Positions 58,091-64,000 of a DNA stretch of 64,000 nucleotides are shown piece after piece. Numbering within the stretch: position 1 is the first letter of the stretch; every line of letters begins with the position of its first letter. Source of the stretch: Picochlorum sp. SENEW3 (lineage: Eukaryota); contig CP120457.1 in assembly GCA_034226945.1 (NCBI GenBank), forward strand, positions 744,001 to 808,000, given 5' to 3'. Position numbers and translations under genes: made by a program. The notes below the pieces were generated by a model, which made no database searches, was not told where the DNA came from, and saw nothing but the letters and a program-made list of their open reading frames with translations.

Positions 58091-61000
58091 ATGCCTGCGT
58101 GTCACCCGAATGCCCTCTTGCTGTTGGGTGAAATATCTACAGTAATATCTTCTGGTAGACAAGAAGATTCTTGGGATATTGGATCGACAGAGGTATGTCC
58201 GTGTGGCCGTGGGGTAATGAAATATCGCAAGGTGATCACAGTGAGATTCTATTGTGGATTATACAGGCATTGATTCGCACAGAAGATAACATTGAGGACG
58301 CATTTCATAGTCTACGGGATGAAATATTCAATTGGCGAGGTTCGTTCCCGAGAAATATCCCAGTCTGCCTCTGTTTCCTAATTTCTCACGCTTATTTCTT
58401 CTTTTTTTCTGTAGATTGGAGCCGAGTTTGGCCTCTAGATTACCTAAATCCGTTCTTAGAACTTATCAAATCCCCAGAAACGAGCGGAAAAGTCACATCT
58501 GCTGCTTTGCAAGGGATTCAGAGAGTTTTGGAGCAAGACCTTCTGGGTATGTTGCGCGACCGAGTTCTTTGGTGAGATCATGTGCTACATATTTTCGCTT
58601 TTTTACTTGCAGGAGATTCAGAAACCGGTGTATCTGAGGCAGTGCAAAACATTGCTGAGGCTGTAACTCAGTGCAAGTTTGAGTCCAGCACTCTGGCATA
58701 CGATGAATGTGTGCTGCATGATATACTAGGTGTATTCACGGCGTTAGTTGAATGTGATCAGGTGGAAAAACTCAGTCATGAAAACCTTACGAGTATTTTG
58801 CAAGCGTGTTATAGGATTGGGCACATGAAGACAGAAAAGAGCAGGCACACGTCTGAATTGCTGACACATTCAGCACAGCGAGCTATGAATATTCTGGTAA
58901 AAAGCCTTTTCTGCAGATTAAAGGACTCTGAATTGGGAGAGGAAGATGGAGCTTCTCCCATGGCCGTTACTCCATCCTCCATGATTGTGATGTCAGATGC
59001 TGATGGCTCTTCGTCATCGGTGGAAGATGGGGAAGAGGAGACCAAGAATGCTGAGGATCAGTCTACAATGACAGAAGATGCTTTGAAATTTGATAATACC
59101 AAGTCAGATATGGATAAGTCACATCACGAGATAGTGTCATTGCTACCAGAGATAAAAGTGGATTCATCTGAGGAAGCAGACTGTGCCGTGTGTTATGGCA
59201 TCCCTGCTCTGGCAGATGTCACGGGTTTTATAATCAGCATGATCGGTTCAAAACCGTCAAAGCATTACCCAGACCTTGCCCTTTCAGGTATCGATTTGAT
59301 GACGACAGCCATCCAATCAGCTGGGCCAACAATCTCGTCGCACCCTCTGCTGATGAACTTGTTAAAGCAGGATCTCGTCAAAGCATTATTTGCAGCGTCC
59401 GAACATGGTTCTTTCAGAACATTTGCTGGGATCTGTCAAATTTCTCTTACATTGTATTCGCTGTTCAGAGAACATGTCCTTCCTCAGATTGAAGCAATTT
59501 TGGGTCTCTTGATTGTTCCCATTGCAGAGGGAAGCAATTCTGCTTCATTTGCTCTGAGGCAGACTGCAATGGAGGGAATCCTTGACTTTTGCAAACAGCC
59601 AGAATTTCCGAGTATGGCTTATATTAATTTTGACTGTCGCCTGGAACACGATAATCTGTTCGAGAAGATCTGTGGTGTTTTGTCAAAATGTGGATTTCCA
59701 ACATCAGATGGTGGCATATCTTCATTTCACTCGGTGTCAATGGCAGGAATGTCCATCATCCTCAATTCCATTAGAAGCAACGAACTTTATGAAAACTATA
59801 GCAGTCGTGATTCTCAAGACCCCTTATCAGGAAGAAATGAATACCGTGATATTTGGACACCATTGTGTGAAGGCAGATTTTTCACCCTTCCTGGCTCCCC
59901 AACAAAGGACCCAAGTTCTCCATGGGCTCTGAGAGCAGAGAAACAATTAAAGAATGATCTGACTTCCGTTGTAGACCATTTCAATAAAGATCAAAGAAAA
60001 GGATTTGAATACTGTCAATCATTGAATTTACTTCCATCTCCATTGACTGCTATATCTGTTGCCAGGTTCCTTAGAAGCTGTCCAGGTTTGTCAAAAGCTG
60101 CTATTGGAGAAGTTCTGGGGGAACGAGATGACTTCTACGAAGATATCAGAACAGAGTTCTGCAACACTTTTGATTTCACTGGGCTGCGATTTGATATTGC
60201 TTTGCGGCTTTTCATGGATGCCTTCAGACCCCCAGGGGAGGGACAAAAAATTGATAGAATTGTTCAGTCTTTTGGGAAAAGGTACTACCAGCAAGTTCCA
60301 ACATCTGGCCTGAAAAGCGCTGATGCTGCGTATGTGCTAGCTTTTTCTGTCATCATGTTGAACACAGACCTGCACAATACTCAGAATAAGAGAAAGATGA
60401 CACTGGAGGACTTTGCCAGAATAAATCGCAATACCAATGAAGGTGAGCCCATGCCACATGAATTATTGTCAGATATATATACAGCTATTTCGAATGACGA
60501 ATTCAAAATATCTTCGGAGTGCTCAGCTGCTGACCTTAGCCATCAGTTGGTTTTCTGGGTTGTTTTGACAACCAGATCTCGTCAACCTCGGGGAATGCCA
60601 ATTGGTGTCGAGGCCATGAGAACTGCCTTTATGGTTTTAAGAAAGGACATGTTCAAGCTAGCATGGGGTCCGACGCTCGCTGCAATATCCGTCATCCTCG
60701 ATGGATCATCCAATCCAAGAATAGTGAAAGAGGCTACACAGACGCTGTTGACTGCAGCAGAGCTCAGCTATCGTTACCAAATCGATGGAGTTGTTGACCA
60801 GATATTGGCATCGTTAGCGAAGTATACAAGTGTATTAGATTCAGAGAATACAAAGCCGATGATAGCGTACGGTGGATCCATAAAGGCTAGGTCTTCAGTA
60901 GAGACCATGTTCAAGATTGTGGACTTGTATGGTGACTCTATCCGTAGTGGCTGGAAGTACATAATTGCAACAATTATGAAGATTTTCCTCGCAGACTTGC

Positions 61001-62731
61001 TCACTCCAGCAATAATTGCTGTCGATGGAGGTTTGTGTATAGCTTTAAGATGTTTGATGACATTGTTCTGATTCATTATGACCTTGACAATTGTGACCTG
61101 CAGAATCTTTGGAGCAAGCATCAGAAAGAATTCCAAAGGTATCTCCGAGAAATAAGGGTTCTTCGAGTTCCATCTTTGCGAGGGCGATAAATTCTTTGAT
61201 ATCTATCGAAGCTGATGGAGACATAGAGTATGCAGATGCTGGAGGTGAGATGCTGAAAGACCTTGCTCAGAAAAGCATCAATTCCTGCTCGATTGAAAGT
61301 CTAGTGAATGATTCGAAATTTTTAGTGGCAGAATCGTTATCAGATCTTCTGCATGCAATTATTTGGTCAGGAAATGCCTCTCTAGATTTATCAAAGCAAG
61401 GAGAGCCCACAGATACCACTGAATTGGCACTTGAATTGCTCTTCTCATTATCCCTGAGGAACAGAGACAGAATCTCTCTAATCTGGCCGCGTATTCATGA
61501 ATTTCTTGAAATCTGTACATCCCAAGAATCTGCCGAGGATCTGGGATCTTTGAATGAAAGATCAATTAAAGGATTGATGAGGATCTCACAAAGACTTCTC
61601 CCATACAAGGAGGAAATTGCAGACATGCTGTTGGATAGCCTGAGTTTGATTGGCCAAATGCACCCAGCTGTTGTTTGGCAGTTGTCACCGTGCATAACAA
61701 CAGACCTGATCACATTAATATCTCAGAGCGCTTTGCATATCCGAACAGAAAATGGATGGCGTACCATAACAATTCTGATTCGTATTTCGGCATCCAGGGA
61801 AGAGGTACTGCCTTACTCTTTGCAGGCATTGCAGTTGGCTTGCAGGAATACAAACGCGGTATCAGTTGAATCTTACATTCCGCTCTTGGAAACATGTCTG
61901 CAATTAATTGATTCGTTCAAGTCAACCAAGCCAGATGTGGCAGCAGATTTTCTTGACTGTGCAGATTCTTTATTTTCCTGGCTATCATCTCAGGGTGGAG
62001 ATGGGGGAAAGATTCCCCGTGAAGCCTTGCTAGACCTCTGGCTAACATCTATTGGTATATTGACAAAGGGACTTTGTAGAGAGCCTTCGCAAAGGTTAAG
62101 AGATACCTCAATTGCTGCCTTGCACAGGACATTGATGGCTTCGAGCTCTTTGGACTTGCCCACTGATATGTGGATACAAACAATTCAAGAGCTTCTGCTC
62201 CCACTTGTCCACGACTTGGGAGCATCAACACCAAATAAAAGCAAACCCTCCAGCCAAATAAATAAATCTTTCCGTTTAGTGATCAGCATGCTCTCAAAGG
62301 TTTTGTTGCAGTATGTACCGTCAATAGCAAGTGACAATGATTTCGGTGTCCTATGGGAGAATACGTTCATGGCCCTAAAGGACTGCATGGATAAGAAGAA
62401 TGAAGAACAGAAAGAGATTGTCCACGAAATAACAAAAAACCTAATTTTAGTATTGGCGCATGAAGGTATTTTGACACCAGAGTGGAAGGATGGGAGTGGC
62501 AAGTCCCTGTGGGACATTACATGGATGTGTGCAAAAGAAATATCCCAGGATTTAGACCCTCGTATTTTATCGCCAGAGCAGAAAAAAGAAATTCTCAATC
62601 AGGAAGGTGGGGACACGTCGAAAGAAGACGATATGGATAACAGCAATAATAATTCTGCAGAGCCTCCTGCTGCTGCTGCTGCTCAAGAAGAGGAAGAAGA
62701 GTTGGAGCCTCCTGCATGCAAGCAAAGCTGA
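58091..62731 (+). CDS. Large Sec7 ARF-GEF of GBF1/GNOM type; about 5 exons
   Basis: DCB EISTV...YLNPFLELIKSPETSG; HUS YINFDC...NLFE; Sec7 FRPPGEGQKIDR and IMLNTDLHN; LRNRDRI. Confidence 0.93.
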
Positions 62732-62803
62732 TATTTGGTAAAAGACACTGTATATAACGATATTGTAGATCTGGTAACAATCAAAGAAGCATGCCGATTC
62801 TCC

Positions 62804-63503
62804 ATGGTTAACCATGCAATCAAGACACGTCTGAAAGGGTCATGCAGCATGACCCACCTGGATTGCAGTTCTGGCCCACGTGTTGGCCGTGTACACGGTT
62901 TTGACGTGTTGGCAAATCCGAGAGTTCCCTCCCAGTATCAAATCCTTCCCAATTCTCCCTCGCGCCTTTATTACAATGTATCAAATAATGTCGTTTCTAC
63001 GACAAATTGGGATAGTTCCGTTGTTGCTGGGAATAGCGCTTTGTCAAACGTCTTGGGTTCTAGCTCAATACTGCAAAAACGCAACGCAGGCGCCAGAGGA
63101 ATTTTCTACATGCGGTGAAGGGGTAGGGAGCCATTTATATTTGCTTATGAATTGATTATAGCGCTCAAATACAGTGTGTAAGTTGCAGGCCCTCGTAGAA
63201 TATGTAGCAGCTCAAGTCCCCAACAGACTCTTGGTCGACTGGGCAGAAGAAGGGCTGACAAATCTAATACCATACCTAGACTGGATCGATTGTCCTGTGA
63301 ATACTGATCCCACTGTATCTGTCACGAGGATTCTAACAATTTGCCAGTCAACATTAGATTCGCGAGACTTGTTTGCCTTGGTGACCAGCAAAGTGTCCTG
63401 TGATAAAGACAATGGACCACAGCCGATGGAAAGTAAATGGACATTGCGCATCAATCTGATCACAAATGAGATGGACTTTGAGAACATCTGTTCTATCAAA
63501 TGA
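62804..63503 (+). CDS. Hypothetical protein; probably 2 exons, start uncertain
   Basis: ORFs 62735-63118 and 63174-63503 joinable by a GT-AG intron near 63115-63161; no family recognised. Confidence 0.35.
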
Positions 63504-63669
63504 TGGTAGTATAATGTAACTCATTGTAGCACTGCATCACCATATATGGTGCATTTGTGACTGGACAATGTCCAGTGGTCCAGTGGTCATTGATCATCGT
63601 CCTCCCGCCGTGTTGTTTTCTTTTAAAAGCATACCAGGCTGGATTGGTGCAATATATTATTTATTAAAA

Positions 63670-64000
63670 ATGCCAGTATTGTCGCAGAGAGCCCTCGAAG
63701 GGCTTCGAAACTATAAATATAAACCAGCTGGATATACCATACTAGACGATTTGCATCAGCCGATTTGGAACTGTACGTGGCACCATTGGTCTTTTCATGA
63801 CTACATATGCTAATTTTGTGGATGTCTGTACAGATATAACGAGCAATTGGCTACCAAACTGGCTGGCTCCCAATTTGATTACCTTGACTGGACTGATCAC
63901 TCTGATCTTTTCATACATCATCACGGCGTATTATAATATTGATTTTACACATGAGACACCAAGATGGAATTATCTTTTGGCGGCAGCTGCTGTTTTCATT
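63670..64000 (+). CDS. Choline/ethanolamine phosphotransferase (AAPT/CEPT), 5' part; runs off the window
   Basis: MPVLSQRALEGLRNYKYK...LPNWLAPNLITLTG. Confidence 0.88.

Overview
Very gene-dense eukaryotic nuclear DNA with about 40 protein genes in 64 kb, short GT-AG introns of roughly 55-115 nt, and intergenic gaps often under 100 bp. Nucleus-encoded plastid genes (PSRP3, homogentisate prenyltransferase, PAM71-like) point to a compact-genome green alga; a Picochlorum-like trebouxiophyte is my inference, not verified. Most genes are housekeeping (NSA2, RPT2, RPA1, poly(A) polymerase, MIRO, GNOM/GBF1, SIZ1, SPC25, RecQ). The standout is a circularly permuted tRNA-Ala(UGC) gene on the minus strand at 54566-54668. 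Its 3' half (nt 38-73) lies upstream of its 5' half (nt 1-37), separated by a 30-nt spacer, with a bulge-helix splice motif at the 37/38 junction and a Pol III T6 terminator. A decayed LINE-like fragment lies just upstream of it. Also notable are a 342-nt structured intron with 7SL/SRP-like motifs, four 12-bp palindromes within 48 bp, and an extensin-like YxY repeat protein. Exon boundaries were read by eye and are approximate.
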